Origin: Spirochaetia bacterium
GTDB taxonomy: Bacteria; Spirochaetota; Spirochaetia; CAKZLE01
Length of the DNA stretch: 64,000 nucleotides
Direction of reading: 5' to 3'
Assembly (NCBI GenBank): GCA_963677595.1
Contig: OY782041.1
Location: 2,368,001 to 2,432,000, forward strand
The translations under genes were made by a program, and so were the position numbers. Below, one piece after another: positions 55,113 through 64,000 of the stretch; the first letter of the stretch is position 1, and each line of letters begins with the position of its first letter. The notes under the pieces are model-generated. The model saw only the letters and a program-made list of their open reading frames with translations, had not been told where the DNA came from and ran no database searches.

Positions 55113-57677
55113 ATGAGATTCGACAAGATGACAGTGAAATTGCAGGAAGCGCTGCAGGAGGCGCAGTCACAGGCGCAGGACCTGAACCACGGAACGGTAG
55201 CGAGCGAGCACCTGCTCGCCGTGCTGCTTGCCCAGAAGGAGGGCATCGTCAGCCCGCTCTTCGGTTCGTTGGGCGTAGATGCCCGTATGCTTGCCGAGGA
55301 GGTCGGCAGGCGCATCAGGCAGATGCCGAGGGCTTACGGCTCAGGAGCCATGCAGGTCTCGATGACCGGGGAACTCGCGGCCAGCCTCCAGCAGGCTGAG
55401 AAGGAGGCAGCTTCCCTCCATGACGAATACACCAGTACCGAACACATCATCCTGGCGTGGAGCGGGGGTGTCGGGTCCGTCGCTGAGGTGCTGAAGAAGG
55501 CCGGGGTTACCAGGGATCACCTGCTCACCGCATTGAAGAAGGTGCGGGGGTCCCAGCGGGTCACCGACCAGAACCCCGAAGCCAAGTACCAGGTGCTCGA
55601 CAAGTACTGCAAGGACCTGACCAGGCTTGCACGCCAGGAGAAGCTCGACCCCGTGATCGGCCGGGATGAGGAGATCCGGCGGGTCATGCAGGTACTCTCG
55701 AGGAGGACGAAGAACAACCCCGTCCTCATCGGGGAGCCGGGAGTCGGCAAGACCGCGATCGCGGAAGGACTTGCCCGGAGGATCGTCTCCGGGGACGTCC
55801 CTGAACTCCTGAGATCGAAACGGCTCCTCTCCCTCGACCTCGGAGCCCTCATCGCCGGGGCCAAGTTCCGCGGGGAGTTCGAGGACCGGCTGAAGGCCGT
55901 GATCCAGGAGATAGAGGAGGCTGACGGGCAGATCATCCTCTTCATCGACGAGCTCCATACGGTGGTGGGGGCCGGTGCTGCCGAAGGCTCCACGGATGCC
56001 TCCAACCTCCTGAAGCCGGCACTCGCAAGAGGTGAGCTCAGGGCCATCGGTGCCACGACCCTCGATGAGTACCGGAAGTACATCGAGAAGGATGCCGCCC
56101 TCGAGCGCCGGTTCCAGCCGGTCTACACGAAGGAACCGTCAGTCGAGAGCACGATCGCGATTCTCAGGGGGTTGAAGGAGCGGTATGAGGTGCACCACGG
56201 GGTGCGGATCAAGGACGAGGCGCTCATCGCCGCCGCGACCCTCTCCAACCGGTATATCACATCACGGTTCCTGCCTGACAAGGCGATCGACCTCGTCGAT
56301 GAGGCCGCGAGCCGCATGAAGATGGAGATAGAGAGCCAGCCGGAGGAGCTCGACAAGATCGAGAGACGGATCCTCCAGCTCACCATCGAGAAGCAGGCAC
56401 TGCTCAGGGAGACCGACGAGGCATCTGTGGAGCGCAGGCAGAAGATCGAGAAGGAGCTCTCAGGCCTCCAGACACAGCGGGACAGCATGAAGCTGCAGTG
56501 GCAGAACGAGAAGGTGATCATCGACGGGATCAGGAAGGACAAGGCTGAGCTCGAGCACCTCAAAGGTGAGGAGGCACAGGCTGTACGTGACGGGAACCTG
56601 TCCAGGGCGGCGGAGATCAAGCACGGGAAGGTCCCTGCCCTGACGGAGCAGATAGCGAAGAAGGGGGAAGAGCTGCATGCCGTGCAGGGCGAGCGTCAGC
56701 TGCTGCGGGAGGAGATCGGCGAGGATGATATCGCGCAGGTAGTCTCAGCCTGGACCGGCATACCCATCGCCAAGATGCTCTCCTCGGAGATGGAGAAGTA
56801 CCTCGAGCTCGAGGGGATCCTCTCCAAGCGGGTAGTGGGACAGGAACAGGCGATCACAGCCGTCTCGAATGCCATCCGCCGGAACCGGGCAGGGATCAGC
56901 GATGAGGGGAGGCCCCTGGGGTCCTTCCTCTGCATCGGGCCTACCGGGGTGGGGAAGACCGAGCTTGCCAGGACACTGGCAGACTTCCTCTTCGATGATG
57001 AGCATGCCCTGACGCGGATCGACATGAGCGAGTACATGGAGAAGCATGCCGTCTCCCGGCTCATCGGGGCCCCTCCGGGCTATGTGGGCTACGACCAGGG
57101 CGGGCAGCTTACCGAGGCGGTGAGGAGGAGGCCGTATTCGGTCATCCTCTTCGATGAGGTCGAGAAGGCCCATCCCGATGTCTTCAACGTGCTGCTGCAG
57201 ATCCTCGATGACGGGCGGCTGACTGACGGGCAGGGGCGGGTCGTCGATTTCAAGAACGTCATCATCGTCATGACCAGCAACCTCGGCAGTTCGCTGATCC
57301 TGCAGAGCGATGACCTCGGCAGTATCAGGGATGCCGTCGATGCCATGCTGAAGCAGGTGTTCAAGCCCGAGTTCCTCAACAGGATCGATGAGATCCTCCT
57401 GTTCGAGCGGCTCGGCAGGGATGCGGTGAGGAAGATCGTCGCGATCCAGCTGAAGCGGCTTACCGACCGGCTGGAGGGTCGTGGGATCAGGCTCAGTATT
57501 TCAGAAGAGGTCGTCGACCTCCTCGCAGCGGAGGGGTACGACCCCGCCTATGGGGCACGCCCGGTGAAACGGGCCATCCAGAACCTGGTGGAGAACCCCC
57601 TCGCGCTGTATCTCTTAGAGCACCAGAGGACGGATTTCTCCCTGACGGTACAGGACGGTAAGGTCAGTATCGCCTAA
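55113..57677 (+). CDS. clpB: ATP-dependent disaggregase ClpB
   Basis: Two AAA+ modules ([16 protein letters not shown]) with the long coiled-coil middle domain. Confidence 0.97.
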   Translation: MRFDKMTVKLQEALQEAQSQAQDLNHGTVASEHLLAVLLAQKEGIVSPLFGSLGVDARMLAEEVGRRIRQMPRAYGSGAMQVSMTGELAASLQQAEKEAASLHDEYTSTEHIILAWSGGVGSVAEVLKKAGVTRDHLLTALKKVRGSQRVTDQNPEAKYQVLDKYCKDLTRLARQEKLDPVIGRDEEIRRVMQVLSRRTKNNPVLIGEPGVGKTAIAEGLARRIVSGDVPELLRSKRLLSLDLGALIAGAKFRGEFEDRLKAVIQEIEEADGQIILFIDELHTVVGAGAAEGSTDASNLLKPALARGELRAIGATTLDEYRKYIEKDAALERRFQPVYTKEPSVESTIAILRGLKERYEVHHGVRIKDEALIAAATLSNRYITSRFLPDKAIDLVDEAASRMKMEIESQPEELDKIERRILQLTIEKQALLRETDEASVERRQKIEKELSGLQTQRDSMKLQWQNEKVIIDGIRKDKAELEHLKGEEAQAVRDGNLSRAAEIKHGKVPALTEQIAKKGEELHAVQGERQLLREEIGEDDIAQVVSAWTGIPIAKMLSSEMEKYLELEGILSKRVVGQEQAITAVSNAIRRNRAGISDEGRPLGSFLCIGPTGVGKTELARTLADFLFDDEHALTRIDMSEYMEKHAVSRLIGAPPGYVGYDQGGQLTEAVRRRPYSVILFDEVEKAHPDVFNVLLQILDDGRLTDGQGRVVDFKNVIIVMTSNLGSSLILQSDDLGSIRDAVDAMLKQVFKPEFLNRIDEILLFERLGRDAVRKIVAIQLKRLTDRLEGRGIRLSISEEVVDLLAAEGYDPAYGARPVKRAIQNLVENPLALYLLEHQRTDFSLTVQDGKVSIA

Positions 57678-58246
57678 TGTCCCTGCAGCAGGAGCTTCTG
57701 GTAGGTCTCCGGGGTGTCGATGTCGGTGATGACCGCAGGGTCATCCCAGGGTACCTGCCGGTAGCGGCAGAGGCTGAAGACCTGCTGCATCGAGGAGGTC
57801 ACCGGCTGGGAGAGGATGAGTTCCCGTGCCCGGCCGTTCATGAGCACCGGGTGCCCGGGAACCCCGTCATGGACCGGCTGGATGATGTCGGCTGAGTCCC
57901 GGTAGGCAAGGAGTTCGGAGAAGGTCTGTGAGGTGACCAGGGGAAGGTCTGCATGGAGCACGAAGACGGCATCGCATGCGCTCTCGCGCATGCCGGCCTG
58001 CAGGGATGAGAACATCCCCTGCCGGTACCCGGTGTTGTCCAGGAAGGTGATCTCCTCCTCAAGGCTGCCTATGAACTCATGGAGGGCATCCGAGCGGAAT
58101 CCCGAGACGAGGATGACCCGGTCGGCACCCCTGAGGGCCGCATCGAGTACGTGCCTGATCACCGGTTTGTCCTGATAGGGAAGGAAGAGCTTCCAGGCAC
58201 GCATCCGGGAGGATGTGCCCGCGGCAGGAATGATACATTCAGTCAT
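57674..58246 (-). CDS. MobA/MocA-like nucleotidyltransferase
   Basis: [32 protein letters not shown]. Confidence 0.88.
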   Translation of the reverse strand: MTECIIPAAGTSSRMRAWKLFLPYQDKPVIRHVLDAALRGADRVILVSGFRSDALHEFIGSLEEEITFLDNTGYRQGMFSSLQAGMRESACDAVFVLHADLPLVTSQTFSELLAYRDSADIIQPVHDGVPGHPVLMNGRARELILSQPVTSSMQQVFSLCRYRQVPWDDPAVITDIDTPETYQKLLLQGH

Positions 58247-58302
58247 GTATACGATCATAGCATGATTGCATCTTTTTTCCAATGACCGTATAATCCTGAC
58301 CT

Positions 58303-59046
58303 ATGATAGCAACCTATATAAACTGTCTCACCATCATACTCGGCTCGCTGATCGGACTGCTCACACGGTCGAAGATCAGGTCTGAGATTCGGAGCGTGAT
58401 CTTCGCCAGTGCCGGTCTCATCTCGCTGCTGGTTGGCATCAGCATGGCCCTTGCCACGCAGAGCTACCTGATCATGCTCCTCTCCGTCGCCGCAGGGGGC
58501 ATGCTCGGGTACCTCCTCGATATCGAGGGGGGGATCCTGAAGCTGGGAGGCTTCTTCGAGCGGCTCACCATGCGAAAGCGCCCGGGGCAGCCGGAGGAGT
58601 TCATCCAGGACGAGTCGAAGAACTTCGCCCGGGGCTTCCTGGAAGCCTCGATCCTCTTCTGTGCCGGTGCGATGACGATCGTGGGGGCTATCAACGCGGG
58701 GATCGACGGCAACTACGAGCTGATCCTGATCAAGTCGGTCATGGACGGCTTCATGGCGATCCTCTTTACCGCAGCCTACGGGATCGGCGTCATGTTCTCG
58801 ATCCTCACGATCCTCGTCTACCAGGGCGGCATCACCCTTGCCTCGTCCTGGATCTCCCCGCTGCTCGGGGAAGCCGGCCTCAACGGGATCTCCTCGGTAG
58901 GGGGGATCCTGGTCATGATGATCGGTTTCAACCTGCTGTCAGTGAAGGAGTTCAAGACAGCCAACTTCCTCCCCGCGCTCATCCTGGTCCTGGTGCTCAC
59001 CTGGGTATCCTCGATACTGCCCGATTTCATCTCCATGCTCGCATAA
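58303..59046 (+). CDS. DUF554 membrane protein
   Basis: ASILFCAGAMTIVG, KSVMDG, YQGGIT, ANFLPAL. Confidence 0.88.
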   Translation: MIATYINCLTIILGSLIGLLTRSKIRSEIRSVIFASAGLISLLVGISMALATQSYLIMLLSVAAGGMLGYLLDIEGGILKLGGFFERLTMRKRPGQPEEFIQDESKNFARGFLEASILFCAGAMTIVGAINAGIDGNYELILIKSVMDGFMAILFTAAYGIGVMFSILTILVYQGGITLASSWISPLLGEAGLNGISSVGGILVMMIGFNLLSVKEFKTANFLPALILVLVLTWVSSILPDFISMLA

Positions 59047-59104
59047 ATGAAGAAGGAGACAGATCCCTGTCTCCTTCCCCGGTTGTCACTGCATCGGTAT
59101 GCTG

Positions 59105-61603
59105 TTATGGCCTCTTTGCATCCTCAAGTACCGTCAGCGGGTCGTTCTTCCCATCGATCCTACATGGCGGGACGTCCCAGACCTCGTTCGTGTACTGGCC
59201 GATCGTCCTGTCGGAGGAGAACTTCCCGGACGAGGCGATGTTGAGCACTGCCTTCCTGTTCCAGGCATCCCGGTCCGTATAGAGCTCCAGCATGCTGGTG
59301 TGGGCTGCGTCGTAGGATCCCAGGTCGGCGAAGTGCATGTAGGTATCACCCTCATCGAAGAGCGTCCTCCTGATGGGTTCGAAGATATCGGGTTCGGAGA
59401 AGTTGAAGTACCCGGAGGTAATCAGGTCGATCGCATGCCTGATCTCGTCATTGGCGAAGCAGTACTGGTAGGGATCGTAGGTGGGCCGCAGATCCGCGAC
59501 CTCCTCTGCGGTCTTGCCGAAGATGAAGACGTTCTCACGTCCTGCCTCCTCCATGATCTCTATGTTGGCCCCGTCGAGCGTACCGAGCGTCAGGGCCCCG
59601 TTGCACATGAACTTCATGTTCCCCGTCCCGGAGGCCTCGGTCCCCGCGGTGGATATCTGCTCGGAGATATCGGTGGCGGGGATGATCTTCTCTGCCATCG
59701 ATACCCGGTAGTTCGGCAGGAAGTGGACTTTGAGCAGGTCCCGGGTGCTCCTGTCGTTATTGACCACGTTCGAGATGTTGTTGATCAGCTTGATGATGAG
59801 CTTTGCCATCATGTAGCCGGGGGCGGCCTTCCCGCCGAAGAGGAAGGTGATCGGGTGGAAGTCTGCCGGCCTGTCGTTCTTCAGGCGGTCATAGAGCATC
59901 ACGATATGGATGGCGTTCAGCAGCTGCCGCTTGTACTCATGGATCCGCTTCACCTGGACATCGAAGATGCTGTAGGGGTCGACCGACCAGCCTAACTCCC
60001 TCTTCAGGTAGCTTGCGGCCTCCTTCTTGGCGGAGAGCTTGACGGTATCGAAGGCATCGAGGAAGCCCTTGTCCTCCGCGAAGGGGGCAAGCTCCCGCAT
60101 CTTCGAGAAGTCAGTGATCCAGCCGTCCCCGATCGAGTCGGTGATCAGCTTCGCCAGGGGAGGGTTCGAATTGAGCAGCCAGCGGCGCTGGGTGATCCCG
60201 TTCGTCTTGTTGTTGAACCGTTCAGGGAAGATCGCCGCCATCTCCGGGAACATCCTCTTCTGGAGGAGCTCGGTATGGAGGGCTGCCACCCCGTTGGTGG
60301 AGTGGGAGCCGACGATGCAGAGGTTCCCCATCCTGATGGCCTTGCCCGCTCCCTCCTCGACGATGCTGACCTTCCTGATCGCCTCGTTGTTCCCGGGGTA
60401 GAAGGTGATGGCCTGCTGGAGGAACCGGTGGTTGATCTCATAGATGATCTCCAGATGCCTCGGGAGGTTCTGTTCCATCATCTTCACCGGCCACTTCTCG
60501 ATGGCCTCGGGCATCAGCGTGTGGTTCGTGTAGCCCATCGTGGAGACGGTGATCTTCCAGGCGGTATCCCAGGGGAGATCTTCCTCGTCCACGAGGATCC
60601 TCATCAGCTCCGGTACTGCCAGGGAGGGGTGCGTGTCATTCATCTGTATGGCGGCGAGATCGGGGAAGCTGCTCCAGGGCTTCGAGGACTTCTTGAATCT
60701 CCTGATGATGTCGGCTAGTGAACAGGCGACGAAGAAGTACTGCTGCCGAAGCCGCAGTTCCTTGCCGAGGTAGAGATTGTCATTGGGGTAGAGGACCTGC
60801 GTCAGGTTCTCGGCCATGACCTTCGAGCGGACAGACTCTACATAGTCCCCCTCGTTGAAGTCCTGGAAGCTGAAGTCCTCATGCGCCCGGGCGCTCCACA
60901 GCCGGAGGGTGTTGATCGTATTACCGCCATACCCCACGATCGGGGTATCGTAGGCGATGCCGATCACATTGGTCGTATCAAGCCACTTGTAGTAGGTCCT
61001 GCCGTTCTCGGTGATCGCTTTCGTGTAACCGCCGAAACGGACCGGGACGGTCAGGTCGCTCCGCTCGATCTCCCACGGGTTCCCGTAGCGCAGCCAGTCA
61101 TCAGGCTGCTCATGCTGGTACCCATTCTCGATCTTCTGCCTGAAGATCCCGTAGTTGTACCGCAGTCCATAACCGAACGCCGGCAGGTCCATGGTCGCCA
61201 TCGAGTCAAGGAAGCAGGCTGCCAGCCTCCCCAGGCCGCCGTTCCCAAGCCCGGCATCGACCTCATGGTCGATGATCTCCTCGTAGGAGTAGCCCAGCTC
61301 GGAGAGAGCCTGTTTGAATTCGCCCTCGAGCCCGAGGTTGTTTATGTTGTTGGTCGCAGCCCTCCCCATGAGGAATTCCAGTGAGAGGTAGTATATGCGC
61401 TTGACCTCCCTGTCATGATGCATCTGCTGAGTCTGTATCCATTTGTATATGATGCGGTCCCTGACCGCATAGGCAAGTGCCTTGAATCGGTCCCTGTCCG
61501 TGGCGGTATATCGGTCACAGCCCAAGGTGTACATCAGGTGTTCCGCGAAATCCCATTTGATGGACTCGCTGTCGTTCTCGATTCGGATATGCTTCGTATC
61601 CAT
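59105..61603 (-). CDS. glgP: Glycogen/alpha-glucan phosphorylase
   Basis: LGNGGLGRLAAC, QVKRIHEYKRQ, EASGTGNMK (PLP lysine); start set at the ATG after the AAGGGG RBS. Confidence 0.96.
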   Translation of the reverse strand: MDTKHIRIENDSESIKWDFAEHLMYTLGCDRYTATDRDRFKALAYAVRDRIIYKWIQTQQMHHDREVKRIYYLSLEFLMGRAATNNINNLGLEGEFKQALSELGYSYEEIIDHEVDAGLGNGGLGRLAACFLDSMATMDLPAFGYGLRYNYGIFRQKIENGYQHEQPDDWLRYGNPWEIERSDLTVPVRFGGYTKAITENGRTYYKWLDTTNVIGIAYDTPIVGYGGNTINTLRLWSARAHEDFSFQDFNEGDYVESVRSKVMAENLTQVLYPNDNLYLGKELRLRQQYFFVACSLADIIRRFKKSSKPWSSFPDLAAIQMNDTHPSLAVPELMRILVDEEDLPWDTAWKITVSTMGYTNHTLMPEAIEKWPVKMMEQNLPRHLEIIYEINHRFLQQAITFYPGNNEAIRKVSIVEEGAGKAIRMGNLCIVGSHSTNGVAALHTELLQKRMFPEMAAIFPERFNNKTNGITQRRWLLNSNPPLAKLITDSIGDGWITDFSKMRELAPFAEDKGFLDAFDTVKLSAKKEAASYLKRELGWSVDPYSIFDVQVKRIHEYKRQLLNAIHIVMLYDRLKNDRPADFHPITFLFGGKAAPGYMMAKLIIKLINNISNVVNNDRSTRDLLKVHFLPNYRVSMAEKIIPATDISEQISTAGTEASGTGNMKFMCNGALTLGTLDGANIEIMEEAGRENVFIFGKTAEEVADLRPTYDPYQYCFANDEIRHAIDLITSGYFNFSEPDIFEPIRRTLFDEGDTYMHFADLGSYDAAHTSMLELYTDRDAWNRKAVLNIASSGKFSSDRTIGQYTNEVWDVPPCRIDGKNDPLTVLEDAKRP

Positions 61604-61966
61604 GGTCATCCCCCTTAAGATAAACCGGTTTAGCTGGAGATATTCTACTATATATGTCAGCTTTGTTCCATATCCTGCACCGCCGATCGGGGATTCCAAC
61701 CCTTTTTCTGGTGTGTCCCATGAAAACAGTATATACTATGCATGGTTTCCTGGAGTAAGATCGGTCTTCCTATGCGTGAGAACATGGTGAGTTCTTCGTT
61801 ATTACTGGCCGGTTCGGGCTCTTCCGCCGGCAGCGGGAAAAGAAACCGTGATGTTTTGGAAGACTCACTGGAAAATCTCTTGACAAAAAGGGATTGCTTT
61901 GGTATTTTTCCACCTACGTGGTTTACTGTCTGCCGTGAGAGCGGCGGGGTCAGTACCAGGTGGCAA

Positions 61967-62039
61967 GCCTCTGTAGCTCAGTCGGTAGAGCACCACCATG
62001 GTAAGGTGGGGGTCACCGGTTCAAGTCCGGTCGGAGGCT
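61967..62039 (+). tRNA. tRNA-Thr (GGT)
   Basis: GCCTCTG/CGGAGGC acceptor stem, CCACC-ATGGTAA-GGTGG anticodon arm, GGTTCAA T-loop. Confidence 0.95.
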
Positions 62040-62134
62040 CATTCGAAGGCACTGTTACTGTAATAGCCTAACAGGAGTCATTTGCTGAATATGGTGAGGC
62101 CAGAGGGAACGTCCTCGGCCGATTGGAGACGATA

Positions 62135-62311
62135 ATGGCAAGTAAGAAGAAAGGACCTGTTGAGAAGATCGCTCTGCAGTGTACCGAATGTAAACGCAAG
62201 AACTATACGACTTCGAAGAATAGAAGAAACATCCAGGGAAAACTTGAGCTCATGAAGTACTGCAAGTTCGACCGGAAGCATACTCTTCATAAAGAGACGA
62301 AGATCAAATAG
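62135..62311 (+). CDS. rpmG: 50S ribosomal protein L33
   Basis: [16 protein letters not shown]...LELMKYC...HTLHKE. Confidence 0.96.
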   Translation: MASKKKGPVEKIALQCTECKRKNYTTSKNRRNIQGKLELMKYCKFDRKHTLHKETKIK

Positions 62312-62325
62312 TAGGAACGAGATAT

Positions 62326-62399
62326 AGGTCAGTAGCTCCAACGGCTAGAGCGCCGGTCTCCAAAACCGGATGTTGAAGGTTCGAATCCTTCCTGACCTG
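62326..62399 (+). tRNA. tRNA-Trp (CCA)
   Basis: AGGTCAG/CTGACCT acceptor stem, CCGGT-CTCCAAA-ACCGG anticodon arm, GGTTCGA T-loop. Confidence 0.95.
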
Positions 62400-62427
62400 C
62401 TTTTTTCTTGAATCTATCGGAGATAGT

Positions 62428-62607
62428 ATGAAAAAACTGATTAAATACCTGAAAGAAAGCTACCTTGAGATGAAGAAGGTCGTCTGGCCATCACGCGAGA
62501 CGGTGATATCATCTACCAAGGTCGTGCTTGTCTCTACACTCATCTTCGCTGCTGTCCTTGGTCTTGTCGACTATCTTCTTCTTGAGGGTCTGTATCTTAT
62601 CTTCTAG
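62428..62607 (+). CDS. secE: Preprotein translocase subunit SecE (not in the ORF track)
   Basis: [24 protein letters not shown] + one TM helix; between tRNA-Trp and nusG. Confidence 0.93.
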   Translation: MKKLIKYLKESYLEMKKVVWPSRETVISSTKVVLVSTLIFAAVLGLVDYLLLEGLYLIF

Positions 62608-62639
62608 TTGCAAGACTGGAACTTTTTTTTGGAGCGATT

Positions 62640-63194
62640 ATGGCGAAGGGCTGGTACGTAGTACATACATATTCCGGATACGAGAACAAGATCGAGAGGA
62701 CCATCAGGAAACTGATGGAAGACCCGAAGTTCGCTGAGGCTGTCTTTGATGTGCGGGTTCCCGCGGAAGACGTCGTCGAGGTGAAGGACGGTAAGCGCAA
62801 GGTCGTCTCGAAGAAGATCCTCCCCGGATATATCCTGCTCGAGATGGATCTTCCCAATCTCGGGTGGAAGTACCCGTGCTCCCTGGTCAAGAGGATACAG
62901 GGAGTGACCGGTTTTGTCGGTTCCCGTGACGGTGCGAAGCCGCAGCCGATCAGCGATGACGAGGCGAAGGGGATCTTCCAGCGGTCGGGCGACATCAAGT
63001 CCGACAAGGCGATCAGGCCGAAGCAGTCCTTCACGGTCGGCGAGAAGGTCAAGATCATCGACGGTCCGTTCGACACCTTCACCGGTACGGTGGAAGAGGT
63101 CAATGACGAGCGGTCGAAGCTCAAGGTCATGGTCGGGATCTTCGGCCGGTCGACCCCGGTCGAGCTTACGTTCCTGCAGGTCGAGAAGGTCTGA
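62640..63194 (+). CDS. nusG: Transcription factor NusG
   Basis: [19 protein letters not shown] motif [21 protein letters not shown]. Confidence 0.97.
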   Translation: MAKGWYVVHTYSGYENKIERTIRKLMEDPKFAEAVFDVRVPAEDVVEVKDGKRKVVSKKILPGYILLEMDLPNLGWKYPCSLVKRIQGVTGFVGSRDGAKPQPISDDEAKGIFQRSGDIKSDKAIRPKQSFTVGEKVKIIDGPFDTFTGTVEEVNDERSKLKVMVGIFGRSTPVELTFLQVEKV

Positions 63195-63372
63195 CAGGAG
63201 ACACGGTCAGGATTTTACGTCCATGACCTGATATTTGACATATATGGATTTACATATATAGTACCCCTTCCCGAGGGGCTATCGCTGTCTCGGGAAACGT
63301 TGGGAGCCTGTCGTTGACAGGCGTTTGAACCAGACATGGAACGTTTTTTGTTTCATGTTAAGGAGAACTGTT

Positions 63373-63804
63373 ATGGCAAAGAAGAAGGTCACTGCAATCA
63401 TCAAGTTGCAGGTACCAGCCCAGAAGGCTACCCCTGCGCCACCGGTAGGCCCGGCTCTCGGTCCTCACGGAGTGAGCGCACCCCAGTTCGTACAGCAGTT
63501 CAATGACCGATCGAAGAACATCGAGGCAGGATTGACTGTCCCCGTTGTGATCACGGTCTTCGCAGATCGAAGTTTTACGTTCATTCTTAAGACTCCGCCT
63601 GCTGCTGTACTCATCAAGAAGGCTTGCGGGATCACGAGTGGATCCGGGGAGCCGCACAAGAAGAAAGTCGCAAAGATCACCAAGGACCAGCTCCGCGAGA
63701 TCGCTGAATTGAAGATGCCCGACCTGAACGCGAACGACATCGATGCTGCCATCAGCATCATTGCCGGTACCGCTCGGAGCATGGGTGTCGAGGTGGAGGC
63801 ATAA
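63373..63804 (+). CDS. rplK: 50S ribosomal protein L11
   Basis: [27 protein letters not shown]; AGGAG RBS. Confidence 0.97.
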   Translation: MAKKKVTAIIKLQVPAQKATPAPPVGPALGPHGVSAPQFVQQFNDRSKNIEAGLTVPVVITVFADRSFTFILKTPPAAVLIKKACGITSGSGEPHKKKVAKITKDQLREIAELKMPDLNANDIDAAISIIAGTARSMGVEVEA

Positions 63805-63807
63805 CTT

Positions 63808-64000
63808 ATGAGACGTGGTAAGAAATATCAGGAAGCGTTGAAGAAAGTTGACCGTGAATCCCTCTACGGGGTTGACGATGCCCTCGTCCTGCTGAAGGAT
63901 CTCTCCTTCGCGAAGTTCGATGAGACCATCGAACTCTCGATCAAGCTGAACATCAAGCGAAGCCAGTCGGTCCGTGACACCGTCGTGCTCCCGAACCAGT
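63808..64000 (+). CDS. rplA: 50S ribosomal protein L1 (runs off the window end)
   Basis: [10 protein letters not shown]...[14 protein letters not shown]...VRDTVVLP; follows rplK. Confidence 0.93.
   Translation, partial: MRRGKKYQEALKKVDRESLYGVDDALVLLKDLSFAKFDETIELSIKLNIKRSQSVRDTVVLPNQ

Noticed and set aside
52040-61384. Many long antisense or alternate-frame ORFs over MMPL, clpB and glgP (e.g. 59099..59995, 52982..53731)
   Set aside because: Expected shadows of high-GC3 codon usage; no motifs or RBS, unlike the methylase +1 frame.

Overview
Most of the window (671..50071, about 49.4 kb) is a lambda-like temperate prophage. It is integrated at the 3' end of an initiator tRNA-Met and bounded by an exact 42-bp att repeat. 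The flanking host DNA (hsp20, MMPL, clpB, glgP, tRNA-Thr, rpmG, tRNA-Trp, secE, nusG, rplK, rplA) looks spirochaetal; this is inferred from protein appearance. The prophage has integration, immunity, recombination/replication, packaging, head, tail and holin modules, but no recognisable endolysin. It carries three AT-rich cargo blocks: (i) a Ppl-like PHP-ATPase plus a Vsr/two-C5-methylase restriction-modification operon downstream of cI; (ii) a DUF262, HEPN, SEFIR/TIR, HEPN-like cassette between terL and gpW; (iii) two convergent diguanylate cyclases. Two signals stand out. First, a phage C5 methyltransferase is coded in two overlapping frames, and the +1 frame supplies a motif-IX-like segment and five tandem PTP modules, so it is a candidate heterodimeric multispecific methylase. 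Second, an IS110-family element has bridge-RNA target and donor guides, a TT core and a circle-junction promoter that can all be read directly from the sequence. All family assignments come from motif recognition; no database searches were run.
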